The notes beneath the pieces were generated by a model. It ran no database searches. It was not told the origin of the DNA and was given only the letters and a program-made list of their open reading frames with translations. A stretch of DNA of 63,582 bases, counting the filler, from Octopus bimaculoides (lineage: Eukaryota), in NCBI RefSeq assembly GCF_001194135.2. It is 4 parts of 4 records of this genome, joined end to end, with 100 filler letters (N's around TTAATTAATTAA, not from the genome) between each part and the next. Parts side by side here need not be neighbours in the genome. Positions count along the whole stretch, not along the records: positions 29,588 to 61,050 come from NC_068986.1; positions 61,151 to 63,582 come from NW_026345246.1; 2 more parts are not named here. One strand, given 5' to 3'. Shown in pieces: positions 51,727 to 63,582 of the stretch. The position numbers and the translations under genes are program-made. Every line of letters begins with the position of its first letter. Position 1 is the stretch's first letter.

Positions 51727-52573
51727 GACTAGACTATTGGCAAAAATCTTCGCTGAGCGTTTATATCACAAAGTTAGCAACAAAAAGTGGACAAGTCACT
51801 CCATAGCAGTAAAAAGGGACTTCAAGGGAATACCGATCATGGTTAGCATTATATTATCATAAACTAAATCCTTCGTATGTGTACATTCCGGAGAACTACG
51901 GTTTATTGTAAGCTCGCGCTAGATGTGCAGTGTGTGATATTTAGTGAACTTCAAATGTTATACAAAATCGTAAGCTTACAAAAAAGAAAAAAAAAAAAAG
52001 AAAAAAAACTACGTCTTTTACAAAAGAACAAAGCAATTTTTATAAAGTTTCTTCTATAACCAATGACAGAATATCTTACACGAATTTATTTCACTGAAGT
52101 AAATCGGATTCTAAAACAGGGACCAAAGTCCTTTCTTCACTTCTTGGGTGTCCTCTTCTGTTCCAATAATCACAGCTTTTAAAGAAACACCGAATTCGTA
52201 TTGATTCAAATAAATATTTTGCTGTCTCAACAGAGAGGAGCGGAAAATTCGAATCCATTCTACTTTAAAGTCAAAATAAGAAGGTATCGATTACAGACTC
52301 ATAAATACACAACACTTCTGAAAGCTCAGGCGTTGTTAATAGGAAAAGGAAAAATAAAGATAATTAGCTAGGTTTGGGTATTTTAACAGACAGTGAAGGA
52401 GTTTTTTTGTTTATGGCTTCAATGCAACACGTTTCAGTAGCAGATCGAGAAAATACGAACCAGAAATCACATCTTATTCATGTGATCACCGTGTTTCATA
52501 TATATTTCCAGATAATGGTACTTCTAGAAAAAAAAAAAAGAAAGTAGTAAGTCATAATCATTAAGTGCTAACT

Positions 52574-52993
52574 TCAACATTTGCTCATCCGGTTAAGCGA
52601 AGCAGGTAAAAATCCAAACCCGCTATCTTCAGTTCGGTCAAGAATTTTGAGTAGCGACCGAAAGAGTATTAATACGAAAGCAAGCGACTGAAATGATGTT
52701 CTCTTGAAAGTCATTGGAGTAACGTTACTTAATAACGATTGTACCTCGGAAATCAAGAAGTCATTCCACGTTAAGAGATGACAGCATAGTACTGCAAGCT
52801 TGTGGCTAGAGTGTCCGAGGAAAGACTTGTAGGTCAGATTTTGGGGAGACCTTGCGGGTAGATAACCGGCGAGATGGTTGGATGTCCATAACCTCAGTTT
52901 ATCTCGCTTGGGGATGCAGCCAGATGATTTTCTGACGGTTACTTTTGGTAGGACCCTCTGGAGAGCGTGTGTGAAGGCCTCTACCCCACGATC
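52574..52993 (-). CDS. Putative terminal exon or pseudo-exon, 139 aa, weakly TIR-domain-like
   Basis: About 146 stop-free codons in AT-rich DNA. Pyrimidine-rich acceptor CCACTATTTCCTGTAAG. The segment LRLW..YLPARSPQNLTYKSFLGHSSHKLAVL...SEV...LILF...LPASL loosely follows the TIR box2/BB-loop pattern (by eye only). Confidence 0.3.
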   Translation of the reverse strand, partial: DRGVEAFTHALQRVLPKVTVRKSSGCIPKRDKLRLWTSNHLAGYLPARSPQNLTYKSFLGHSSHKLAVLCCHLLTWNDFLISEVQSLLSNVTPMTFKRTSFQSLAFVLILFRSLLKILDRTEDSGFGFLPASLNRMSKC

Positions 52994-54005
52994 CTTACAG
53001 GAAATAGTGGGTTATGAGAATGAAGACACGACTGTTCATCAAGCATTTCCAAAGGGCATTAAAGCCGTGGAAATCATAAGAACAGCTCTGTGTAATGTTA
53101 TGGATATATTGTGGTGCAAATTGGGTACAAAGCTGTAGCTATATTGTAAGACTGCAAACTCCAAATAGTTTAAAAGTGGAATAAATTATTTTTCTGTGAT
53201 GGAGAAGATTTTGTAATGGCTTAGTTAGATGAGGAAGGGCTCTGCTCATGATATGACTGGTATGAAGAGGAGAATAAATTATCCCCAAACAGAAAACTTG
53301 GCTTGAATACATGCAACAGCTTAATCTATACTGAAGGCACACAAAGACCAGGTGATGTATTAATCTGTCTGGTCTTTGGGCAACTCTCTTTCTATATAAA
53401 GATCTTCACTATCTAATCACGCCGACTTAGTTAAACTTATATTATGCTGATGAGAGCTAATAGACTGAAACATGTTCATTTTTATCCCTTACGAGCAAGC
53501 TAAAATAATACTTTCTTTCCTCTAAGCATGTAAATAAATTTCGAGAGAGTAATTCTTGATGCTTTGAAATAGTCTCCCATTTTCTCTGAGAGTAGCCAAC
53601 AACTTGTACAAGGTTCAAATTTCTTTTCTCAACTAAAGAGGGTAATTATAATTAATTTATTAATTTAAATTTTGCATATGGTATTTGGTATCTTCTTCCT
53701 CAACTTATTTATTCAAATTTACACCATAGCAAATTTGGATAAATAAGTAGTAGTAGTAGATGTGGATATCATTTGCTTTTCAATTGTCCCACTGCATTGG
53801 GAAATGATAACACATTGGCAGTTCAGCCGCAAAATTGTATTCAATATAACTTTAATCTATGGTTGGATGGTTTTGCAGCTCCCTTTCCAGCGACGTGGTT
53901 TCGGATTCAGTCCCACTGCGCAGCACCTTGGGCAAGTGTCTCCAACTATAACCAGGTTTTTCGCCCCTTAAAGTCAGGAACTTTTCAGCACCCCTCGCGC
54001 GCGCG

Positions 54006-54097
<92 letters not shown>

Positions 54098-54220
54098 TGC
54101 GCGCGCGCATACTTATGTATACATACATACATACATACGGTTAATAAATTGTCGTCTAAATAACGCAAAAATGAAAACAACACTGACATCTCATTTTAAC
54201 ATAAAATTACATTAAAATAT

Positions 54221-54722
54221 CTTGAAACTGGGTCCTCCTGCGTGTGTGGCACGGTGCAGGGTCCTGTTGCCAGAAATAGGGTCTTCAATCAGCCACTCTT
54301 GACCCAGGGCAGCACTACCTCCTCCAGGCACTTAATGTAGGCCTCCATGTTGAGTTTGAAGCCGTGTGTGAAGATGAATGGAGGCATAACGTCGCCATCA
54401 GTAGTGATCACTCCAAACATCAGGAAGTTGACTGGATGTTTGATTTTTTTCACTCTCGGTACATGTCTTCAGATTGCACTGCTCTAAGATTGGCACCCAA
54501 ACACTCTGAATTGTTCGTATTAGAGTTTCCGGCGAGAATGCCAAGCAGTACAGCATGTCGTTTCCAAATCTCTGACAGAGTGAATTGCATCATGGTACTG
54601 GTTTTCTCATAGACGGTGCCCAACTGACCTTACTATACTGTGTAGTCGACAAAATCAAAAACAAACAATGTGCATGCGCAAAATTGTAAATATAAAATGG
54701 TAACAATTTAACTATCGCACCC
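54221..54722 (-). mobile_element. Internally deleted maT/DD37D (Bmmar1-like) Tc1/mariner element
   Basis: Minus-strand KHPVNFLMFGVITTDGDVMPPFIFTHGFKLNMEAYIKCLEEVVLPWVK, then a frameshifted QQDxAPCHT-like motif. N-terminal remnant and a TA-flanked end at 54722. Confidence 0.8.
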
Positions 54723-54724
54723 TA

Positions 54725-54757
<33 letters not shown>

Positions 54758-56156
54758 GAATGTATGTATGTATTTTGTATATATATGTGAGTTTATGTGT
54801 TTGTTTCCCAGCTGTTTGACGGCCAGCGTTAGTCTGTTTACGCCCTTGTAACTTAGCAATTCAGTCTGAGAGACGGACAGAATATTTACCGCGACTTATT
54901 TTAAAAAAAAAAGCAAAAAAAGCATAAGAACTGAAGTCGATTTGTGAACGAAAAAAGCCTCCAAGGCTGTGCTCCAGCATGGCCGCCGTCTAATGACCGA
55001 AGGGAGTCAAAAATAAAAGATGAATTTAAATCCAAAGTATATGAAATATAATATATGATGTACCAAGCTCTTATAGAAGACAGGAAAGAGAGGAAAACAT
55101 GCCTTAGCACGGTATGAGTTGGTCACTGAGAAGCTTTCAGCAGCATTGCTCTTTAGATTACTGGAGACATCCTACATTAACAAAGCGACCTTAGAACAAA
55201 CAAACTATGTCAACCATGCCTCGTCAAAATGGAAAGTAAATCAAAACAAAATGGAGATAAGGAAAACCATTCCTCTAATCACAAGAAATATCTAGTAAAA
55301 GGTGGGGAAAAAACAAGTAAAAGGTGGAAAAAAACCCAAAAAATTAACCGAAAAATATAACCGTGGGGCTTTTGTCCTACTTTCAGAAATGTATAATGTA
55401 ATGTATAAATAAATTAGGTCATCTATTCTAGATGTGAACTAAAGTTTCAACATAGTTTGTAAGTGAAAGCATTCCGAAGCGATAATCCAGTCAGAACAAT
55501 TGATGATTGATTCTCAGAGAAGTGAAGGTGCTGATGTGTATAGGCGCGCGTGTGACTGTGTGATTTGGTGACAAGAAGAGGTCTTGGTGTGTGCGTGTGT
55601 GTAGTTTAAGTGGTTGATTTACTGGCAAGAAGTAATACGGTATACGGTATTTAAGGGGTTGATTCAGAGACACATAGGTGATGTGTGTATTTTTTAAGCC
55701 AAACAATTTCACAAAGTTACGAAGATATGGATATTGTGGAAGGTTGCGTGATGTTCTGAGATTGGCCTGCATTGAAGCTATTGAGAAATATAAGCAGACA
55801 TTTAATGACCTATAAAAAAAGAGAAAAAAACCCCCACAAAACAGAATTACTTTGCTGATGTATAATGTTGAAGGAAGCGGGCTATTTTGTTCCCACTGGA
55901 AGTTTGACTAGTGAAAATGAAGTAATTCCTACTGGCTTGAAACTGAATGAAGGTAGTCTTACAGCGTTTGTTTCAAAATATAATTAACTGTATTGTAGCG
56001 TGCAAATGCTGTTTTTTAGGGCTGAGTTTCCAGAATATTGGAATATTTGACAAGTCGGTGTATTACATAGATGTAACATAGCTAATTATACCGGGAGTAT
56101 AACGGATATTTTTGTCCCTTAGACCTTTATTCCAACCTCTAACTCTACTATATATA

Positions 56157-58507
56157 TCTACTACATATGTGAGAAATTCTGTCTGTGGGTGTGTTTGTTT
56201 GCGGAGTTGTTAGCTCCTCCTACATCGTTTTATCGATTTTGATGAAACTTGACACGTGAGTAGAACTCATGTTTGGAAACCTCATGGCATACTCAGATTG
56301 TTGAAAAAAAAATCGATAACAGTGCCCCTGGAAGGGATCCTTATATATAACTAATATATTTTATTTTAACAGTCAAGGGAAATAACCCAATCATTTTCCT
56401 ATATTATTTGGTATAAGTCAAATTGAGTATGCTCATTTTTTAGTATTTGAAATGTTAGAGTTATTTTCACAATTTATTATACAAATAAATTGTATTTTCC
56501 TAAGCAATAGATCCACTTATTTAGGTTAGTGACTTACTCACGTATATACCATGGATGACGATGCCTTTCATATCACTTCAGCCAATTGAGAAGCGCTGCA
56601 TGAAGAACTGTTCTGCTTTTAGACAAATGCACTGTCAATACAAAGGTCACACCCTCTTTACATGTAGGAATATCTTAAAATCTATCTGTACATCTTGAAA
56701 ATGGCCACCATGTATATTTCACAGAAGACATTGCTTGAAACCTAGTTTTGAATCCACGAGAAACCACTTTGATAGCTTTCTTCAATGTGATCTGTTTGCC
56801 CGAACACTGTTGTTTGTAGAGGTCTCCGTGTACTATACTTGGGCACACAATAGATGGAACAGACGTAAGCATGGAACACGCATTGAGGGCTGGGAAGACG
56901 ATGCTGTCTTCAGAAGTGAGGCCATCGGGGGGTGCACACTGTGCACCCTAATCAGCAGGAGTGCTTCTTTCTGTATCTACTGCTATATGCTGTCAGAGGT
57001 CCTACATCATTCACAGACTTTCGAAGACACAATGGGAAGTGTGTACAACTTATAGAGAAGCTTGCGCCAAACATGGACTACTGGAGGACGGTGTTCACTG
57101 GGACCAGACACTGGGGGAGGCAGCAGTCAGCAGAGCACTAAGTCAACTGTGCCAGCTATTTTCTATCATGTCGATGACATGTGGCTTGCGTGAACCTCTC
57201 AAGCTTTGGACGATCCACAAGACCAGCAGAGGACATCTAGAAAGGATTCAAAGGCAAACCTCAGCGGAAATTGCCACGTTCAATAACGTCATTTACAATG
57301 AAGCATTGCTTGACCTGGACACCCGAGTGCAAGCTATGGGAGGTCAAGGCATTGCTACATTTGGTCTGCCTCAACCGGTGCAGGCAGCAAACAATCTCGC
57401 ATTAGAGCATCTGCGAGAAATCAGCTATGACATCAAGGAAATGACGGCGCATATTGCTGATAACGAACACAAACTGATGGAGGACCAACTGGGTGCTTAT
57501 AAAACCATTATTTCGAGCATTGAAAATGAAAGAGGAGAACTTTTCTTTTTGGATGCTTCAGGTGGAACTAGCAAACCATTAGTCATCAACGTTCTTCTGG
57601 ATAAACTGCACTAAATGAAACACATTACCATAGCAGTGACGTCAAGTGGCATGACTGCAACTCTGCTAAGTGGTGGCTGCACAGCTCATTCCTGTCTCAA
57701 AATCCCTTTGGACCTTTCCAAGAAAAAGAAGACAAACTGCAACATCAGTCGTGGTTCTATAAAAGGCAAACTTCTGGGCGAATGCAGGCTGATCATCTGG
57801 GATGAAGCGACAATGTGACATAAGGTTTCCTTTGAAGCTCTTGACATGTCCCTTCAGGATCTGAGACACAACACCAGGCTCATGTGAAGTGCCACAGTCT
57901 TGCTTGCAGGAGACTTTAAACAAACCCTTCCGGTGGTTTCAAAGGGGACAAGAGCTGATGAGGTAAATGCCAGCATAAAGTCGTCCTACCTATGGAGCAG
58001 TTTGAAAAAGCTGAGACTCACAACCAACATGAAAGTGCAGCTCAGTTGTGATGACGCAGACGGAACCTTTTCAAAACAGCTGTTGGACGTCGGTAATGGC
58101 ACTTCGGTTGGCGAGAATGATGGCTGGGTAAACTTGCCTTTTGGACATATGGTATCTGATTTAAAGGAACTAATGCATAAGGTGTTTTCTAACCCGAGAA
58201 ATCAGTTTACATGCCACAACTGGCTGAAAACCCGTGCCATTTTAGCTCCAAAGAATGTGAGAGTTGATGATTTGAACTTTAAACTTCTGGAACAGTTGCC
58301 AGGTGAGCATCACATCTACAATTCCATTGACACTGTACTCAACAGCGATGAAGCTGTGAATTATCCACTTGAATTCTTGAATAGTCTAACACCACCCGGC
58401 CTCCCACCCCACAACTTGCATCTCAAGATTGGGGCACCAGCTATGATGCTTCGAAACCTCGATCCACCAAATTTTTGCAATGATACACGACTTATAATAA
58501 AGAAGAT
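56157..58507 (+). mobile_element. Internally deleted Helitron carrying a decayed RepHel PIF1-like helicase
   Basis: A|TC start and a typical 5' region (ATCGATTTTGATGAAACTT). Helicase remnants: TVHPNQQECFF, YREACAKHGLLED, FFLDASGGTSK (Walker A), TAHS, IIWDEATM, LAGDFKQTLPV, RAILAPKN, SLTPPGLPPHNLHLKIG, MLRNLDPP. Several stops and frameshifts. Confidence 0.92.
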
Positions 58508-58860
58508 GCTCCACCCTTATTGCAGCTCCTATTTGTTCCATGTATTTCTCAAGATTTTTACTCGCTGTTCCCAGGGCTCCGACAATTATTGGTACTACTA
58601 GCACCTTTTTCAGCGACAACAACTGCTTAACCCCACCAAGCTGACCTGTCATAGCTATCGACTTTTCTTTCTTCCTTATCGCATACCTTATGATCCAGCA
58701 TCGTTTGCTTTCATTCTCAATTAACACTATGTCTGGTTTCCTATTCTCTATCTCACGGTCGCACTGAATGACAAAATCTCATAAGATCTTTGCATTATCA
58801 TTTTCGATGATGCCTTCGGGTTTGTGTTCGTACCACTTTTTTGCTTTTCTTGTGTTTCAA
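58502..58860 (-). mobile_element. R4/Dong-type non-LTR C-terminal endonuclease fragment truncating the Helitron
   Basis: KWYEHKPEGIIENDNAKIL.DFVIQCDREIENRKPDIVLIE and VVPIIVGALGTASKNLEKYMEQIG..IRVEHL. Confidence 0.85.
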
Positions 58861-59199
58861 TAGCATTTTAACTGTTTCAATCAGTAAACTTTGTATGCAA
58901 CAATTCTACAGTCTTGGTTGTTTAAAATTTATCCAGTTCTTTTCAAAAAGTGGCCAAAAATTGTAAATCACCTACTATAATACACATCAAACGTACCTGG
59001 CTGGTGCAAACACTGCTGTAGTGACGTCACTTAGGCGTCGGTTATTTTACAGGAACTAATATGGTATCAGATATACCATAACACCATTTACTCGAAATAG
59101 AGTTACCGATTTACTTACGGTATATATAATATCATATTGTAATATATTAGAAATGTTATAAAGTACACTGCTAGTATTTTCTTTAATTTGTAAATTTTC

Positions 59200-61032
59200 G
59201 TCTTGCTTCACGAGACTATTGGTCTTGAACCAACGTATCTATTTTGATGCTGCTCATGGATCATGTCTGCTACATGCTTCTCTAGAATCGGCCAGTGTGC
59301 AGTGTTTCCTTTCATTGCACAATTTGTCCTGGTTATACTCCTGTAGTAACGCCGTGCGCATGCGTAGTCTCACGCATGCGTAGAATTAAACAACCAAGCG
59401 TTCCCGCTCAATTCATTCTCTTTCTTGCTGGCCAGCATAGAGCAATGGACGTGTCAAGAGTGTCTCTAACATTCGAACTCTGGAGACAGCCTCTTTACGT
59501 GTTAAGCTGTCTCTCTACATCTTTCGGACTTACGCTCGACAGCTCGCTCACACCTACATAACAACGTCCCAACAACAGAAGCTGTAACAACAAGAACTAA
59601 AGATGTATATATTTACCACCTGAATAAAGTGTTGTTTAAGTTGATAGTCTGGAGTTCAGCGTTCCGTTATATTCTTTAATATTATAGTAGGAAAGTCAGG
59701 TATACAATCTAAAGATGTATAACCCACTTTCTTACTATACTCCTTAATAAGTCTTCCTTTAATCTCCAAACCCTTACCATCTTTTCGGTTGCACCGTATT
59801 CTCTCGCAGCAGCACAGTTGTTGTGGGACTTGGTGTATGTTACCATTTTCAACTTAAAACCAGTTTCATATTTCCTTGGAACCATGAAGAGGTTTTACAG
59901 TTGCTGGAAACTAATGTTCACCCAGGGAGAGTTCTGCTGTTTATAAAGGAGTAACAATTTGAGCCTGTTCAAGAAACTCTGTGAATGTTTAAAAGTAACC
60001 GATAATTGTAAGGTTTATTGTGATTGGTCTAACTGTCACAAATTAACCAGTCACAGAAGGTACAGGTACATGCTGTTAATCTGCCGCAACAAGTAAACTA
60101 GTTACCGTAAACTACACTTGTCCTGAAAGCCCTCGGCTACCTGAGCGCTGTATGAGAGAGCGCTCTAGCGAGGCAGTGGAAACAGAACTGACCCTGGGAA
60201 CCGGCTGAACGGGCTGATTGTTTACATTTTCTGTTCGTCAGCTGTTGCAAATGGCGTCTGGTGTCTGTCCATTAAGTTTGCTGTGTTGTTATTTTAATAT
60301 AATCTTACTATTAATCCAGCTTTCCAAACATGCGTGTAAGTATCAGTGGAAAATACTGAGTTGTAGAACCATAAGATCTGTAAAAGGTTGATAGTTGCAA
60401 TAGAGACATTAGTCTCTTTCAATCACCTTTCAACAAATTATATATTAAAAAACAGTAGAACAATTAACAACATAATAAAAATAAGCTTTATTTTTGGTGA
60501 TGCTTGGTTTTACATATCCTGTGTCATTCAGATTAGCAGCCGCTGGTTAACTTGTAATCGGCATTGGAAGGTTAAGAACTTCGTTGAGGCATCTGAGAGG
60601 GGCAAGTTGTTGTTGTGTCGAAGACATCGCGCTAAAGAGCAAGTTGTTGCCACGTCGAAGGTATCATGCTGAAGAGGCTTAGAAAGCGAAAGAAGCGCTT
60701 TAAGTACTGGTTTTACTACGCATGCGCATTCGAGGGGCGTAGATTGTACTTCCTTAATGGCGGCCATAATTTCGCGCCACTACAGATCTATGCGTATAAT
60801 GTTCTCCATCGACATGTGCAGGTATCAGTAGAAAATACTGCGGTGTAGAAACATAGGATCTGTGCGACTGTTCTTTGCAACTGTTCTTCATTGGCTTTGA
60901 TGCTACTCTAAACCACAGGAAGTTATGGTTCAGGTTTCATACGGAGTATATATACTTCGTATATAACCTGAACCCTAGTTTGGGGTTAATTTTGTAAAGT
61001 TCAAATTCCGTCCTTACGCCAGAATATACGGT
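59200..61032 (-). mobile_element. Decayed pogo/Tc2-like DNA transposon, interrupted by a solo LTR
   Basis: Minus-strand Brinker-type DNA-binding domain MVPRKYETGFKLKMVTYTKSHNNCAAAREYGATEKMVRVWR (about 59885-59745). It resumes left of the LTR as ITRTNCAM..HWPILEKHVADMIHEQ. Terminus TA|CCGTATATTCTGGCGTA near 61032. That both parts belong to one element is inferred. Confidence 0.6.
59342..59739 (+). mobile_element. Solo LTR (398 bp), probably Ty3/gypsy type
   Basis: TGTAGTAA...TTACTATA inverted termini, 4-bp TSD CTCC (59338-41 and 59740-43), internal AATAAA at 59623. Confidence 0.8.
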
Positions 61033-61050
61033 ATATATATATATATATAT

Positions 61051-61150
61051 NNNNNNNNNNNNNNNNNNNNNNNNNNNNNNNNNNNNNNNNNNNNTTAATT
61101 AATTAANNNNNNNNNNNNNNNNNNNNNNNNNNNNNNNNNNNNNNNNNNNN
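61051..61150. other. Artificial scaffold-joining spacer
   Basis: 44 N + TTAATTAATTAA (61095-61106) + 44 N. Confidence 0.95.
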
Positions 61151-61964
61151 TATATATATATATATATATATATTTATGTATGTATGTATGTATGTATGTA
61201 TGTATATATGTATGTATTTATGTATGTATGTATGTATGTATGTATGTGTGTGTGTATGTATGTGTGTATGTATGTATGTATGTATGTATGTATGTATGTA
61301 TGTATGTATGTATGTAGGAGTGTATGTATATTCGTGAAGCGTTCATAAAAGACATTTGTAGACAGACGACATCCGAGAATGGACAGAGAAACAAGGACCT
61401 GACTGGTTCTATGCATGCAACACAACCCAGAAGAAACTGCGGAATAGTTGCAAGCTGACCCCTAGGGCACAAGTAGGGGACCAGAAGGATGACTGAAGTA
61501 ACATGCAACAGAAGCAGACGATAGCATAAACCGGAAGCAGACGATAAAACGTCTCAATCAGTTTGATGGATAGTCGGTCCCTACTTTCTTTTTAATGCTG
61601 GAGATTATCCGAAGCCCTTAACCAACCAATACTCTATGCATGCAACGCAACTCAAAAGAAACTGATTCGCTAATATTCCTGCAGCCGCTGGTGGCGCTGC
61701 AGTCGTTGTACATGTCTTGCAGATCCACAAGAGCAACGTAACATTGTTATTTTACTGGTCGTGGTGTTTTGTAGATGGGGTGTAGCACCTGTGGATAAAC
61801 CACAGTTTGTACTGTCTGGTGAGTGTCCCTGAGGTACTCCTTCCTTATTTAGGGTCCCAGCTTCTCCGTGGAGTCGTTGGAGGTAAATCGCGTCTTAGAG
61901 GTTTTAAAATTGATGGAGCCAGTCTTGTATTTGGGCTGAGCACAGGCGATTCCTTAAAGAGAAT

Positions 61965-61993
61965 GAGTGTGAGTGTGAGTGTGAGTGTGAGTA

Positions 61994-62033
<40 letters not shown>

Positions 62034-62109
62034 AGATGTAGACTAACAGAAAAATATCTGACAAGAGAGGCAGAAAGAGAGACAGAGGGAGTGAGAGAAA
62101 CACAAACAG

Positions 62110-62200
<91 letters not shown>

Positions 62201-62509
62201 GACAGAGACAGATAGAGAGATAGTGACAGAGAGAAAGAGTGAGACAGACAGAGAGACAGTAAGGGAATGAGAGAAAGACTGACAGACAGGGGCAGAGAGG
62301 GAGAGAGAGAGGCAGAGGGGAGAGAGAGAGAGGGATGGACAATAACTGAGAGATAAACATAGAAAGATGTAGAAAGTGACAGAGACTGACACAGAGAGTG
62401 AGAGAGAGAGTGAGGGGGCAGAAAAAATAGACAGAAAGATAGAGAGAGGCAGAAAGAGAAAAAAAGAGAGAAAGGAGAAAGCTGGAAGAAGAGCGAGCGA
62501 GTGTAAGAA

Positions 62510-62590
<81 letters not shown>
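61965..62590. repeat. (GA)n-rich polypurine tract
   Basis: Direct reading. Confidence 0.95.
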
Positions 62591-62594
<4 letters not shown>

Positions 62595-63014
62595 TACAGA
62601 GGAAGTATAGAGATAAACCAGATGGCGCTGCGTTTAATGAAATGTTGCGTGTCTCCTCTCTCCAGTTGAAATCCAATCATTCTCATCGTCACCAATCTCA
62701 CTCCCTCTTCACATTTCTCGGAGACATAGTTACCCTGTTACAGCCACCGCCATCGTTTCCAGTCGCCCACTTAATACTAGGCGCTCTTCCCTATACCCGT
62801 CTACCCCGAACAATCTCAAAAATTGGTATCACACTCCCTATTTTTTGTGTAAGGGAGTATTGGTTGGTTAGGGGCTTCGGATAATCTCCAGCATTAAAAA
62901 AAAATAGGGACCGACTATCCATCAAACTGATGGAGACGTTTTATCGTCTGCTTCCGGTTTGTGCTATCGTCTGCTTCTGTTGTATTCCCTCTTATCTCTA
63001 TTTCTCAGTTGACA

Positions 63015-63582
63015 AACGCACACACACATAAAAACGTGCACACACACACATGCATATACACATACGCAAATACAAACATACATATATACACACACACAAG
63101 CACATTCATGCACGCACAAAAGCGCACACACGCATATATCGATATACATACACACACACACAAAAATACGTAAATACATGATCACATACACGTATACACA
63201 CATACATGCACACATACACACAAACACACATATACGCACGCAAACATACATACATACATATCTACGCATATAGACACAACTGCACACATGCCCCACACAC
63301 ACACACACACACATACACATACACACATTCAGGCACACAGACTCACACACATACAGACACATACACAAACATACACACACACACACACACACACATTCAC
63401 ACATATGCACATACACACACGCACAACTGTACACACAGACGCACACGCTGACAAATACACACACGTGCGCACGCACGCACGCACACAAGCACTTACGCAC
63501 GCGCGCGCGCACACACACGCACGCACACACACACACGCACGCACGCACACACACGCGCACACACACACACACGCACGCACAC
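63015..63582. repeat. Degenerate (CA)n/(CG)n microsatellite
   Basis: Direct reading. Confidence 0.9.

Noticed and set aside
56932-58601. PIF1-like helicase ORFs as a host DNA-repair gene
   Set aside because: Intronless, with multiple stops and frameshifts, Helitron-specific flanking motifs and a Helitron-type 5' end.
61904-63580. Ser/Leu-, Arg/Glu-, His/Thr- and Cys/Val-rich ORFs
   Set aside because: They are translations of (GA)n and (CA)n microsatellites.
1-63582. CRISPR array, operon or other prokaryotic system
   Set aside because: There are no regularly spaced repeat-spacer arrays. Recurring motifs are dispersed SINE modules, and the DNA is spliceosomal-intron-containing animal sequence.

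Overview
AT-rich (roughly one-third GC), gapped, repeat-dense animal genomic DNA. The abundant tRNA-headed SINE families and the dense (CA)n/(TA)n/(TATC)n/(GA)n microsatellites point to an octopus (coleoid) genome; this is inferred, and the species cannot be fixed from sequence alone. The window is not one locus. Three identical artificial 100-bp spacers (44 N + TTAATTAATTAA + 44 N) join four unrelated scaffolds: 1-16784, 16885-29487, 29588-61050 and 61151-63582. Most ORFs in the supplied track are artefacts of N runs or microsatellites. The main result is a complete four-exon, minus-strand gene (CDS 50941 to 40112) that I assembled by hand from canonical GT-AG sites in matching phases. It encodes a secreted protein of about 209-213 aa with a signal peptide. 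Its helix-helix-three-long-strand pattern resembles the Cyt/volvatoxin cytolysin fold, making it a candidate toxin or defence protein (inference). Also present are a possible TIR-like terminal exon upstream of it and two orphan plus-strand exons in scaffold 1. Decayed transposons are numerous: mariner (DD34D), maT-like (DD37D), pogo/Tc2, hAT and hAT MITEs, Helitrons, a solo LTR, and RTE, Tx1/L1, CR1-like and R4-like LINEs.
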